A DNA stretch of 64,000 bases from Macrostomum lignano. Lineage: Eukaryota. A model generated the notes under the pieces. That model made no database searches. It worked only from the letters and a program-made list of their open reading frames with translations, and had not been told where the DNA came from. The stretch is from the NCBI GenBank assembly GCA_002269645.1, contig NIVC01001022.1, forward strand, positions 124,001 through 188,000. The letters are read 5' to 3'. The position numbers were made by a program, and so were the translations under genes. Below are positions 35,570 through 54,300 of this stretch, piece by piece; within the stretch, counting starts at the first letter, position 1, and every line of letters begins with the position of its first letter.

Positions 35570-36720
35570 GAAAGGTAAAGAGTTTTGCACCTTCTGCCTC
35601 ACTTTCGCCTCTCCTATGCCTTTTTTTGTGCCACTTGTGCACCTTTTTTTCACCTGAGTGCCTCTGCAGGGGTGGAAGGTGAATTTAAGGCACGAAATAA
35701 GCGGTAGGGGCACAGGTGTCATAGGTGAGTTAGGTGCATAAAAGGTGCACAGTGTGCATTGAGGCACAAAAGGTGAATAAAATAGGAATTGGGGGCATTG
35801 GAGGAGTGAAAGGTAAAAAAAGATATGCTGCAGTGGAGGTGCAGAAAAGGTGTACAGTGTGCACTGGAGGCACGAAAGGTGAATAAAAGGTGCACAGTGG
35901 GCATTTTAGGCATTGAGGCAATGCAAGGGGTGTTAAAGTTTCAACTGGCAAAGTTCTTTGCTTCCTTTTCTCAGTATTCAAAACTTTTCCTCACTAATGC
36001 AAACCTTTTCATCACTTTTTGGAGCTTTTCCTGAGTATTTAAAAGTCATTAAAACTTATCAGTTTAGGAAATGATTTTTTTGTGGTTTGTCAAGATTAGG
36101 AAGGGGATAGCAGCAATTAGCATATATGTAACTCTCAGTTAATTTTTAACTGAGAGTTCAGTTAATAATTACTTCAGTTAATTATTAATGCATTAATTCA
36201 TGCATAGGCATGAAATTGAGCGGGGTGCACAGAAGAGGCACTTTAGGGGTCTAATAATTTCGAGCGTGTTTTGGAAATGCACCTGTATACATATTTACGC
36301 TGCACATGTACACCTTATGCACCTCTGATTCACCTTTCGTGCCTGAAATGCATCTTAAATGCACCTAATTCACCTTTCATGCGCTTTCTGCGCCCCTTCA
36401 GCACCTCCCGTGCACCTGATGTGCCTCACTTGTGAGCCTACTCTTCACCTTTTGCGCACCTCCAGTGCCCCTTATACACCTTTACTGCCTCTACCGCCGC
36501 AACCAATCAAAATTGAGAATTCACCTACTGCCTGACCACTTCACCTATTTTACACCTTTCATGCCTCTTTTCAAAAATATTGGTGACATTTAGGCATAAA
36601 AGGTGCACTCAGGTGCATTTCCAAAACACACACGAAATAGGCCACCAAAGTGCCTCTTTTGTGCACCTCGTTGACCTTTATGCCTCTGCAGGTGCAAAGC
36701 TTTTCGAACGGGTTCCCTAT
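35570..36720. repeat. Degenerate foldback-like region of AGGTGCA/AGGCA motifs with an internal inverted repeat
   Basis: About 36225-36290 is an imperfect reverse complement of about 36600-36670; motif polarity switches across the region. Confidence 0.55.
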
Positions 36721-37184
36721 TGGAATAAATGTTGAAAACTTTCTGACGTGCACTTTAGAAGAAGAGTCAAATTATTTTACTGCACTTTAGGATTATTGGT
36801 AATCATTTTCTGTTAAAATCAAAGTTTGGCTAACTTTCCAAAATTGTAATTAAAATTTTCCAAAATCAAAATTCAGAAAAACAAAGTTTAGTATGACCAA
36901 AACTCACTTTTTTACTCTTTATTTACTGCTTATGCAAAAAATACATGTAAATAGCACAAATTATTTTATTTTTTGCCATTCTTTTACACACTTTCAAAAT
37001 TTTGACTTCTAAATTTTGGGAAATCAAAATCAAAATTTTGGAACAACTCTAAGCATTATACGAGAAATTACGAGGGTATAGGCCCTTTCCACCAGGGTAG
37101 GGTATATATATATATATAGGGTATATATTTACTTTTAAATGTGGAAAATCAATTGTCATTGCAGGCCACAGCCATTAATTAGCC

Positions 37185-38041
37185 ATGCCGGTCTACAATA
37201 TTATGATAATTAACAATGCTGGTGCCCTAGTCTATACCTACACTGATCAGAGTCGGCTATTGACCTCTGCTAATGAGCTAGAAAAAACTTATAGCTATCC
37301 ATTGGAGCCAGTCATTGAGGTGCAGGTAAGATCTGCATAATCTCTATTGTATTGTAAAGTTATGAAGTATGTTGGAAAGTCATTGATTGGTTAGTCCATA
37401 GTTGAGGTCTACATAAGACCTCATGACCTTAATTGTCTGTGCCTTAGTTCGTCGGCACTGATAACATCCAATTAAATGAATATTGTAATCGCCAGGACTC
37501 GCGCTGTTGCGTCGTGTTCGGCGAAGCTGACGGCGTGAGGATCGGCCACTGCGTTCTGGCTGTGAACGGCACCAACGTGCAGGCAGGCAGGCCGACTCTG
37601 CTAGAGAATGGACAAGAAGTCATGTCAGTTCTGGCTAACCCAGCCAGCTATCCTGTTAGTATTAAATTTGGCAAGCTAAAGTTGACAGCTAATGAGCGGA
37701 TTAATCTAGCTGGCATGTTTCACAGTATCTACGCTATCACGGCTAAGCTGTCGCCAGTTGCCGGGTCATCCGGTCTGCAACTGTTGGAGACTGACGCTTA
37801 CCGACTGCACTGTCTGCAAACTGTCACGGGTGTTAAGATTCTAGTCATCACCGATCCCAAGCAGGCCAATGTTAATCAAGTATTAAAACGAATCTACGAA
37901 ATTTACGCCGATTACGCTTTGAAGAATCCGTTCTTTACTATGCAGGGCATGAATATTAATTTCACATTGTTTGAAGAGGCTGTACAGTCTATGCTGAGGC
38001 ATCTGGACAAGTTTGGTAATTTGACTAATTTGGCACCTTGA
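37185..38041 (+). CDS. TRAPPC4: TRAPP complex subunit 4 (synbindin/Trs23), about 228 aa
   Basis: Exons 37185-37325 and 37496-38041; MPVYNIMIINNAGALVY, FGEADGVRIGHCVLAVNG (PDZ-like insert), ANERINLAGMFHSIYAI, LHCLQTVTGVKI, IYEIYADYALKNPFF. Confidence 0.92.
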
Positions 38042-38319
38042 TTGACTGTTCGATCGGTCGCCCATTGTTTCTATCGATTCTGTGTTTTTTTTAAAAAGCG
38101 ATATCAAATTTTGTCTCGCTGCAGTAGTGAAAAATTATGAAAATTGGATATCATTTTGTTAGTTTCTCTTCTCTTAGAATGGTGTCTTTCTACCTGAGTG
38201 ACATTAATATTGATAGGTATCCCATTCCAAGAGTGACATTTCGGGATTTCCAATTCGAACAGTCCGAATGTCTCTTCCGAGACTGACATCTGACGCTATT
38301 ACTTCCAAGAGTGACATTT

Positions 38320-38935
38320 AAGACTATCCCTTCCGAGGCTGACATCTCAGACTATCCCCCCCCCCGAGAGTGTAATCTGAGATTATTCCCTCCTAGAGTG
38401 ACATCTGAGACTATTCTCTTTCGAGAGTGACATCTGAGATTTTTCCCTCCGAGAGTGACATCTGAGACTATTCTCTTCCGAGAGTGACATCTGAGATTAT
38501 TCCCTCCTAGAGTGACATCTGAGATTATTCCCTCCTAGAGTGACATATGAGACTATTCTCTTCCGAGAGTGATATTTGAGACTATTCCCTCCGAGAGTGA
38601 CATCTGAGACTATTCCCTCCCGAGAGTGACATCTGAGACTATTCTCTTCCGAGAGTGACATCTGAGACTATCCCATCCTAGAGTTATTAGGGTGACATCT
38701 GAGACTATTCCCTCCCGAGAGAGACATCTGAGATTATTCCCTCCTAGAGTGACATTTGAAACTATTCTCTTCCGAGAGTGATATCTGAGACTATTCCCCC
38801 TCGAGAGTGACATCTGAGACTATTCTCTTCCGAGAGTGATATCTGAGACTATTCCCTCCGAAAGTGACATCTGGGACTGTCCCTTCCGAGAGTGATATCT
38901 GGGACTATTCTCTTCCGAGAGTGACATCTGAGACT
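38320..38935 (+). repeat. 29-bp minisatellite (GAGAGTGACATCTGAGACTATTCTCTTCC)
   Basis: About 20 units downstream of TRAPPC4, with more diverged units back to about 38230. Confidence 0.93.
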
Positions 38936-40447
38936 ATGTTTTATGTTGAAAATCTATTTCACCAAGACATGCACTGCATACTCGATGCATGTCTGTAAAA
39001 AACATTTCCCTATGTATTATTTTACTTATTATGGTTATAATTATGAACAAATGCTCGAATAGTAATATGAATTATAATGATTGTATTGTTATATTATTGA
39101 TTAACCCTGCCTGTTTCTGCAACTGTGCCATTTTAATTTTGATACGACTGTTTGCAGTAACATACATTTGTTGAATGTCAATTTCGTGTTTATATCAGAT
39201 ATCTTTAGTCAAGTTATTATTCAAGTATATATATTGAAAATTTCATTGATTCCTTATCGTAGTAAAAAAAGTAGTTTTGTTGTGAATTAATTTCTATTGC
39301 TAAGAAAAGTGCAGATCTTATCTATACACCCACGCAACAGCTATGATAGAGATTACCAGAGCTGAATAGGGAGGGGGTAGGTGCAGAGAGCCACTTAGTC
39401 AGCCACCCCATGATTGCAATGGGAATGGGAGCAAATGTGAGGAAGGGTGAGCGATAAATATGAAAATCAAATTCTTTTCCGTTCTGGCTTTTTGGCTTTC
39501 TTCTACGAGTATTAGGAGCCAATCAAATTTAATCCGCGTTCTTTCGCCCCCTAGCTTCGTGCATATATTGTTGCCATGGTTACTCAGTCAGCCAATGGGA
39601 TTCGGTAATAACTCTGTAGTTTTCTTCTAGGATCTATGCTAGACTAGAGAGACAGGGTAAGAGAGAGATAAAATGTCCATCCAATGTGCATGCAAGACTG
39701 TACAGTGTCTGTCTATCCCGTCTGTCGTATCTGTACTAGTGCACATACAGACAGACAGGCAGGTAGGTACAGAAAAAGTACGCGTGTAGACCGCGCCCTT
39801 ACCTCCGCAGCAACTCTCCTCTCTCTTCAGCGCCTTTAGATAGACTGTTTTTATATTGTTTTTGAAGTGTTTGCCTGGGGAATTCAGTTTAGGTAAGTGG
39901 GCGTTGGTTAGCTGGATGACTAGGTACTAGGGGGACTTGTTTTAGGGTTATTTAGCAGCTAGAATCAAGTTTCAGGTTATAGCAAACTGAAAGAATAGCA
40001 ATAAATTGTTTAATAAATTAGCAAATGCACAGCAGTTAGGGTTTGCGATTTTATATAGTAGTTCTTCAGGTCTGTCTCTGTCTGTCTTTCCTACCTTCTC
40101 ATCGCTATCTAGATCCTAAATATGTATATGTAATATTAGCGTGAGGTCAAGTGGCGAATTGTATTTTTAGAACGAAAAAACTAGATTTAATTTTTATGTC
40201 TCTTACTTTATATATTCTTTCAGAATCCGTAGGGCAGAACAGCAAGAAAGTGTAATAAAACAGGCAAGATCTTGGTTTAAAGCAGAGAGAAAAAAACAAC
40301 TCGGCATGTTGATATAAACCAATTTGAAATTGAAAGAAACAAAGAAAATCTCTCTCTCTCTCTTGTGTAAAGAAAACTCTAACAGTTGGGTAATTTTGCC
40401 CCACTGAATACGTGGATCCAGGTGACAGGCAGCTACCTGTGGCCGGT

Positions 40448-46030
<5,583 letters not shown>

Positions 46031-46060
46031 TTGTTTCATTCAGCTTGGTCTTAATTAGAC

Positions 46061-46066
46061 AATAAA
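46061..46066 (+). terminator. Polyadenylation signal AATAAA of the BAH gene
   Basis: 31 nt after the stop codon, followed by a T/GT-rich stretch. Confidence 0.6.
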
Positions 46067-46269
46067 ATCAGGCATTTTGTGTTTTCCTTCCTGTGAATTG
46101 GACTCGTGTTTATTGAGTGTTAAAAAAATACTTGTTGCAGTCATTGATTGTGTATATGCAATTTCTCATCTCTAAAATTGTTGTGCATTGCAGTGCAATC
46201 TTTTAATTTTAGAATAGTGAAGTGTTTTTCATATCTTTTTTTTATCCCGCGGATATCCCATCGTCGATT

Positions 46270-46800
46270 TTTACACTTTGATCTATTAAAAGCCTGTGGA
46301 AATCCCTGCTTTGCAATGAACGTTTCATCTATAAATAGCCTGCGGAAATCCCATCAATCTTGTGCATTCTTCAATCTATAAATAGCCTGTGGAAACCCCA
46401 TCAATTTTGTTCACTTTTCAATCTATAGATAGCCTACGGAAATCCCATCAATCTGTGCACTTTTCAGTCTATAAATAGCCTACGGAAATCCCATCAATAT
46501 TGTGCAGTCTTTAATCTATAAATAGCCTGTTGAAACCCCATCGACGCTGTGTTTTTTTAGTTTATAAAAAGCCTTCCGAAATCTCATCGATTTTGTGCTC
46601 TTTTCAAATCTATAAATAGCCTACGGAAATCCCATCAATATTTTGCACTTTTCAGTCTATAAATAGCCTACGGAAATCTTATCGTAGTTGTGCAAATTAA
46701 AGTTTTCAAATCTATTAATAGCTTTTGGAACTCCCTTGTCAACGCTGTGTAGACTTTATTCTATAAATAGCTTTCGGAAATCCTATCGCTACCATTGTGC
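46270..46800 (+). repeat. Diverged 46-47-bp tandem repeat (CTATAAATAGCCTACGGAAATCCCATCAAT...)
   Basis: CTATAAATAG recurs at about 46329, 46376, 46423 and 46469 and onward. Confidence 0.85.
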
Positions 46801-47025
46801 AAATAGCAACATATAAATCCCCCTGGAATGTCACGCTTGTGTCTACGAAACTGCCCTACACCCAATCCTGCGGTTATTATATAAAAAAATGATTTGCTAA
46901 AATTTTCTTTTGATAAAACAAGTCAAAGTTGTGTCATCTGGTTCGATGCCAGACTAATATTAATCCATAGATGCTAAAATAACTAGGTGGGCCACTCAGG
47001 AATATATACTTAGTAAAACAGCTTT

Positions 47026-47365
47026 CTACTTTCAGTTCAGTAGCATAGAAGAATACAAAAGCTATTTTATAAAAATAAAGGCAGCTGAAATGAATTTGAT
47101 AAGCTTAGAAGCCCAAAGCTTGCAGGCGTAAACAACTTGCTAATTGGTTCAGCAGTAATGTACATTGGCCAGTCCACTGAAATGTACATGGCAGCTTTAG
47201 GCTGGAATTCTGAGAAGGGCAATAAAAATTGGGGCGGGGCGTGAGGTAGAGGGAAAGGCGCGGTTGGAGGATTTAGGCTGGGGGTGAAAAGAGCCAATAA
47301 ATGAGCCTTGGCTTTAGAAGTACATTGAAATGCCTTTTTTTAACCTACTACTGAACTGAAAGTAG
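47026..47365. mobile_element. MITE-like element with perfect 18-bp terminal inverted repeats
   Basis: CTACTTTCAGTTCAGTAG at 47026-47043 and its reverse complement at 47348-47365; no ORF; TSD not resolved. Confidence 0.6.
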
Positions 47366-48404
47366 CTTACACGCAAATGTGATGAGTGGCCCATCTAGTT
47401 ATTCTAGTGTCTGTATTAATCCTACTAATCTGTGTTATACTACATGTATTTGAAATTCTGTTTCTAACAAAATTCAAATTTTCAATCATTTTGCTTCTCG
47501 CATTCGAACAATTCGTGAATTTATTTAATATATTTTTTGGTAACTCAAGTCTTCAAGTATCTTATCGTAAACAATGAATTACAAAGATATTTTGTAAATT
47601 AATTTATTACGACACCGAGTGATAATGGCCAATATTTATTTAACAATGCTATATTAACTGTCATATGGATTTTTATTTTAATGTCATCAGCCAAACCAAC
47701 AATTATTTTTGTTAGTTTTATCTTTTCCCTCTATGGATAATTATTTTTCCTAATGCTGAATTAACCCAGATCAACCTCATATCAATTGATTATCCAGAAA
47801 ATTTTTGTCACTTTATTATTGATGATTAAATTAAGTTTTTATCCCTCGCACTATTTATACTACTAGGTTGGGGCGAACGAGTAGCATTGCATGTTTATCG
47901 TAACAGCTATTCATCTATGAATTTATTTTTGCTTTTTTGCTGTGTTTATTTTTTAGAGTTTTAATATTCCGCAAAAGATACTTTATGAGTAACAGCTGGT
48001 GTACTGCGTATATTTATTCATTTATTTTTGTTATTTCGCTGTTTAAACCGGCAGTACAGTAAGTTTCTTACAAAGGCCCGTTGAACATGTATTGTACTTG
48101 CAGTAGTACCGTTTCCCTGTGACCGCAAATGTGTTTTTCCACAAAATGTTATTTATTCATGAAATTTATTTTTGTTATAATTCGAGCGTCAAAAATTGCT
48201 GCATTAATAAATGCAATTACAAAAAATATAACAAAAATATCTTGTGAAGTTTGTTATCCTGCCATTTGCTAATCGTGAGAAACGCTTGCTCATAAATGCG
48301 TTTGCTTTTGCAAAACTGGGTTGTGCATATCCATGAATTTCAGTGCGAAGCTTCAGAATCTTTGACCAAATTTTGTTACCTGGGTTCACCAAAAACAGCA
48401 ATGT

Positions 48405-48880
48405 TTTATCTGGCACTCCACTGTCTTATCTGGCACTCCACTGTCTTATCCGGCACTCCACTGTCTTATCTGGTACTCTACTGACTTATCTGGCACTTCA
48501 CTGTCTTATCTGGTACTCCACTGTCTTATCCGGCACTCCACTGTCTTATCTGGCACTCCACTGTCTTATCTGGCACTCCACTGCCTTATCTGGCACTCCA
48601 CTGCCTTATCTGGCACTCCACTGCCTTATCTGGCACTCTACTGTCTTATCTGGCACTCCACTGTCTTATCTGGCACTCCACTGTCTTATCTGGCACTCCA
48701 CTGTCTTATCTGGCACTCCACTGCCTTATCTGGCACTCCACTGTCTTATCTGGCACTCCACTGTCTTATCTGGCACTCCACTGCCTTATCTGGCACTCCA
48801 CTGTCTTATCTGGCACTCCACTGTCTCTTATCTAGCGCTCTACTGTCTTATCTGGCACTCTACTGTCTCTTATCTAGCAC
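48405..48880 (+). repeat. 20-bp minisatellite (TGGCACTCCACTGTCTTATC)
   Basis: About 22 units upstream of the first ANF-domain gene. Confidence 0.94.
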
Positions 48881-49121
48881 TCTACCTTATAATTCAGTTG
48901 TACTGTCCATACAGACTACATGTCATCTCTCATTCGATGTGCAGTGCATGCAAAAAAAGCAGAAAAATAAAAACCAATGGTAACTCATGTTCTGATTGGT
49001 TCTTCAATCTTTGGCGGTTTGCTTGGTCCATATGCGGCAGAGTTCGTATTCAGGCAATATAAGTGTGATAAGCGTGAAAGTTTAACAACTAAACTGTCTT
49101 TAAACATAGCTATAGTTTAGC

Positions 49122-50675
49122 ATGGCTACAACAGGTTTCGCCAAGATTCTAATGTTGTTGCTAACCGCATCAACAGTTACTACGACTGCTGACAAACGGT
49201 CTTGCACCAACGGTCTGCACCTCTATCTGATAGTGCCGAGGTCCACTTCCTACTATGTCAATGCGGTGCTGATCGAACCTGCTTACCAACTGGCTTGGAG
49301 GAGGGTGGGCAGCGAGCTGTCAAACACCCCCAATGCCTCTCTGTTTCGCCTGCTGTATTCGAGAATGGAAACTAAGGCAATCTATGAGGACATCAAGTGG
49401 TACAGGGAGGTGTCTCCGGCTGAGAGAAATGGAAGACCCGGTCTGGAGACCGTTAATCCTTACTATTTGAACTACTGGATGAATCCGTATTTTTATAACA
49501 TCTCCGTTGGGTGAGTAGGTGGTGCCCCTGGGGTAATTATCTGTAGATAAATAATACTAGGGGTAATTATTCTGTAGGTAAATAGGGCACTTAACCCGTA
49601 ATACTAGGGGTATTTATCTGTAGGTAAATAGGACACTCACCTGTAATACTAGGGGTAATTATCTGTAGGTAAATAGGGCACTCACCTGTAATACTAGGGG
49701 TAATTATCTGTAGGTAAATAGGGCACTCACCTAGCTGTAATACTAGAGGTAATTATCCTGTAGGTAAATAGGGCACTCACCTGTAATACTAGGGGTAATT
49801 ACATTTATCTGTAGGTAATAAAGCACTCACCTGTAATACATGTACTAGGGGTAATTATCTGTAGGTAAATAGGGCACTCACCTGTAATACTAGAGGTAAT
49901 CATCCTGTAGGTAAATAGGGCAGGCACTCACCTGTAATACTAGAGGTAATTATCCTGTAGGTAAACAGGGCACTCACCTGTAATACTAGAGGTAATTATC
50001 CTGTAGGTAAACAGGGCACTCACCTGTAATACTAGAGGTAATTATCCTGTAGGTAAATAGGGCACTTACCTGTAATTAGGGGTAATTATCTGCAGGTAAG
50101 TTTAGGCACTCACCTGTAATACTAGGGGTAATTACCATTTGGCACAGTCAACACTACAGTAAAATCACCTGCGCAAGTCTGCTACTGTTTGCTAAAAAAA
50201 GCAAAGATACGTCACATATAGGTCACATATTAATAGAAATAGTATGTCAGAGATTGGTATTTACTGTCTACAGTCATTTTTACACCGTGTTACAGGATGA
50301 TGCTTATTTATGCCTGACATCATCATGACAGACTGGATGATTGTGGAGTCCTCTTGGATGACCGATTTTATTATACTGACTGAGACCCGGTGGCCTTATC
50401 CTAGATGATCGAGATTTAATTAATCTCCATCGAAAGCAAACTCTTGTTGCCTCTCAAGATGACATGTCTGCTTCTGCTGTGTTGCATAGAAACTAATTTT
50501 CTTGTGCACAGCCGCTAATACGGAAGGCTTCATGCATGACCTCAGAGCATTAACTGGCATGACATGTTTATGAATATTTTTTGTTGCTCCTTGCTCAACT
50601 CCACGGACTGTTCACTTGACTGGAGAATGTCTGTCTGTCTGTCTGTCTCTCTGTCTGTCTGTCTGTCTGTCTCTT

Positions 50676-50752
<77 letters not shown>

Positions 50753-50753
50753 T

Positions 50754-50784
<31 letters not shown>

Positions 50785-50831
50785 GAGTGTCTGTCTGTCT
50801 GTCTGCCTGTCTTAGTGTCTGTCTGTCTTAG

Positions 50832-50895
<64 letters not shown>

Positions 50896-50903
50896 GGTCT
50901 GCC

Positions 50904-50939
<36 letters not shown>

Positions 50940-50977
50940 GGTCTGCCTGTCTGTCTGTCTGTCTGTCGGTCTGCCTT

Positions 50978-51030
<53 letters not shown>

Positions 51031-51135
51031 ATGTCTGTCTGTCTGTCTGTCTGTCGGTCTGCCTGTCTGTCTGTCTGTCTGTCGGTCTGTCTGTCTGTCG
51101 GTCTGCCTGTCTGTCTGTCTGTCTGTCGGTCTGCC

Positions 51136-51183
<48 letters not shown>

Positions 51184-51211
51184 GGTCTGCCTGTCTGTCT
51201 GTCGGTCTGCC

Positions 51212-51268
<57 letters not shown>

Positions 51269-51295
51269 GAGTGTCTGTCTGTCTGTCTGTCTGTG

Positions 51296-51356
<61 letters not shown>

Positions 51357-54300
51357 TTCTGTCTGTCTATACTTCAGTAACTCTAGGATTCCAGATACCC
51401 AAAACCCGTTAGGCACTTCAGATTTTGTCTTAACTCCTATAGGCATGTCTCGTTCATAATCAGGCCAGAAACTTTAGAGAATTTTCAGCCCAGGATAAAA
51501 AGCTCTCCCACCATAGTCTTCATCATACTCGGCCGCAAACTGTTCAACTGCTCCAGCACGCTCTGTTTATCAAACGACAATTCGTGAGTAATTAGCAACG
51601 CAAATCACGTGCGAGCGAAGTCAGGTCGCTGCGCTGCGTGAATGTAATCAAAGTAAAGAAATGAATTCATCTCATTTTCTCCTTTCCATATCTCTTTCGC
51701 CTTTTCATTCCCCTGGGGGTAGTTTTCTTTTCTTTTCATCCCATGAGCTGTAAGAGCGTAAAAGCCACGAGGCTTGGATAATTAATTGAAGCATCATCTC
51801 TCCTTACAGAAGCTGGAATGAGTAGGAGTGGAAAATTAATTTACGGATAGCAGAAGCTGGCTCACCGCACACTCACGCTTAGGTCTGACTGATGCAGATT
51901 CGGAGTGAACGCATCAACCTGTGCACTGACGTCTTGTGTGACAGGGAGAGTCTTGCGTGCCAGGCGGCCCAGGCTCGATTCCAAAATTGGAATCTCGGCT
52001 TGGCTCCGCTCATGCAATTAACGCCTTTGAAGGCCAACCCCCATGTTTACATGCCTGACGATAAATAAAGTTAGGGCCGCTGTACACTCCTGTGTGAGTG
52101 TGTGCCTGTGCGTATGACTGCGTACGTACCCGCGCGCTTGTGTGCCTGCTCAGGGGAGTCGGCGAAATGGGCAGTAATGCCTCTCGCCGGTTGTTGTGAC
52201 AAAGTCGCTTAAAGTGCACCAGGGTGCACGCAGCCCCTGCCTCTAATTAAATTAACACGGAGAGTCAGACAGGGAGATTCAGACAAGGAGAGTCAGACAA
52301 ATAGAGTCAGACAGTAAGAGTCAAACAGGGAGAGTCAGACATGGAGAGTCAGACAGGGAGAGTCAGACAAGGAGAGTCAGCCACGGAGAGTCAGACAGGG
52401 AAAGTCAGACAGGAAGAGTCAGACAGGGAGAGTCAGCCACGGAGAGTCAGACAGGGAGAGTCAGACAGGGAGAGTCAGACAGGGAGAGTCAGACATGGAG
52501 AGTCAGACACGGAGAGTCAGGCAGGGAGAGTCAGACAAGGAGAGTCAGACAAGGAGAGTCTGACACGGAGAGTCAGACAGGGAGAGTCAGCCACGGAGAG
52601 TCAGACAGGGAAAGTCAGACAGGAAGAGTCAGACAGGGAGAATCAGACAGGGAGAGTCAGCCACGGAGAGTCAGACAGGGAGAGTCAGACAAGGAGAGTC
52701 AGACACGGAGAGTCAGACAGGGAGAGTCAGACAGGGAAAGTCAGACACAGAGAGTCAGACACGGAGAGTCAGACAGGGAGAGTCAGACACGGAGAGTCAG
52801 GCAGGGAGAGTCAGACAAGGAGAGTCAGACAAGGAGAGTCTGACACGGAGAGTCAGACACAGAAAGTCAGACACGGAGAGTCAGACAGGGAGAGTCAGTC
52901 ACGGAGAGTCAGGCAGGGAGAGTCAGACAGGGAGAATCAGACGGAGAGTCAGACAGGGAGAGTCAGACAGGGAGAGTCAGACAGTGAGAGTCAGACACGG
53001 CCCAGTGGCAAAAGTTAGCTAGAATCTAGTTCGAAATTTCGAAGTAGAATTTAGCTCGAAATATTGCCCGGCGAATTCTAGCTAGAATTTTCTAGCTTCT
53101 TTCGATGTAAAAAATCCAAGCTTTTGAACAAATTTCGAACCTTTTTAAAACCAGATATCTGCCTTAAGGTACATTTAGGCTGTGTTTAGAGTAAATTTAT
53201 TGTACATGTATATTTTCACAGTTGATTATTTTTAGCCTAGAGTCGCCAGGCGCGTAGCCAGAAATTTTTTATGGGGGGATATAGGCTGCCCCTCAGGAGG
53301 GAAATTTTCTTTTGGGGGGGGGGATAGCACGCCCCCTAAGGAGAAATACTTAAAAAAAACAATTCGTTTGGCTGTTTGAGGGGATATATCCTCCTGATCG
53401 GCCCTTCCCTACACCCCCCAAGTCGCTAATTTTTTAAACTGAAAAACGAATTCAACATCGCATTTTTCAAAATGATGCACTAGAATAGCAGGTTTGGTCA
53501 CTATGTTCCCCTTTCTTCTCTTTTCTTTTTCTCTTTTCACTTTGATCTATCCTCTCTTCTCTTCAATCTATCCTCTCAACTCTCCAGGCTCTTCTCTCCT
53601 AGACCAAAATGGTTGAAATTATGAAAAATTAAATGTAAAATTGTATAATAATTGTCATTTTTACAACTGATTGCATTTTCCCATTTTTCAATTCTATTAT
53701 AATTTTTGTAATTTGCACTTCTTGCAATTCCAATCACAAAATTTCACTATACCACTTAGTTAAAATAACAAAAAGGAAGAATAGTAGGACTGGAGACATT
53801 TGTAGTGCAATGCAATGCAAGTAAATATAGTTTGTAATAAATTTTCTATTAATAAGATGGCACACCACATTTTATCATTAGCAATTATTTATTTTAAAAG
53901 TTTGAAACAGATAAAAGTAGATTAAAAAGCAAAAGTAGACAAGTCAAAAGACCAAAAAGCAAAACAACAACTAAGGTCTATTCAAGGAATTTCAAGCCAC
54001 AGGCAAATTAACTACTGAAAAAAATTGTGAAGCTCAAAATACAAAAATAAAAAGCAAACAGAAGAAAGCAACACCATGAGAGAACTATAAAAATACTGTG
54101 AAAAGTTAACAGATTAAATATGCAATGGAAAAAAGCAAGTGATCTTTGCAAAAAGTAAGTTTTTAGAGCTCATAGTAGCTACCTAATCAATAGGAAAATC
54201 TAAAGGTGATGCAAGTGATATACAACAATGTAACTTTTGTTTTAGAAGGTATGAAATGTGTCAAACATGGGAAAAATAAAGCAGAAACATAAAATAAATA

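Noticed and set aside
50595-51446. 283-aa (RQTD)n ORF with a unique N-terminus
   Set aside because: Mostly (GACA)n; the unique part matches nothing I recognise.
51940-52000. tRNA-like fragment GCCAGGCGGCCCAGGCTCGATTCC
   Set aside because: Only a degenerate B box; no cloverleaf or A box can be built.
52341-53018. 225-aa ([13 protein letters not shown])n ORF
   Set aside because: Translation of an intronic 15-bp minisatellite.
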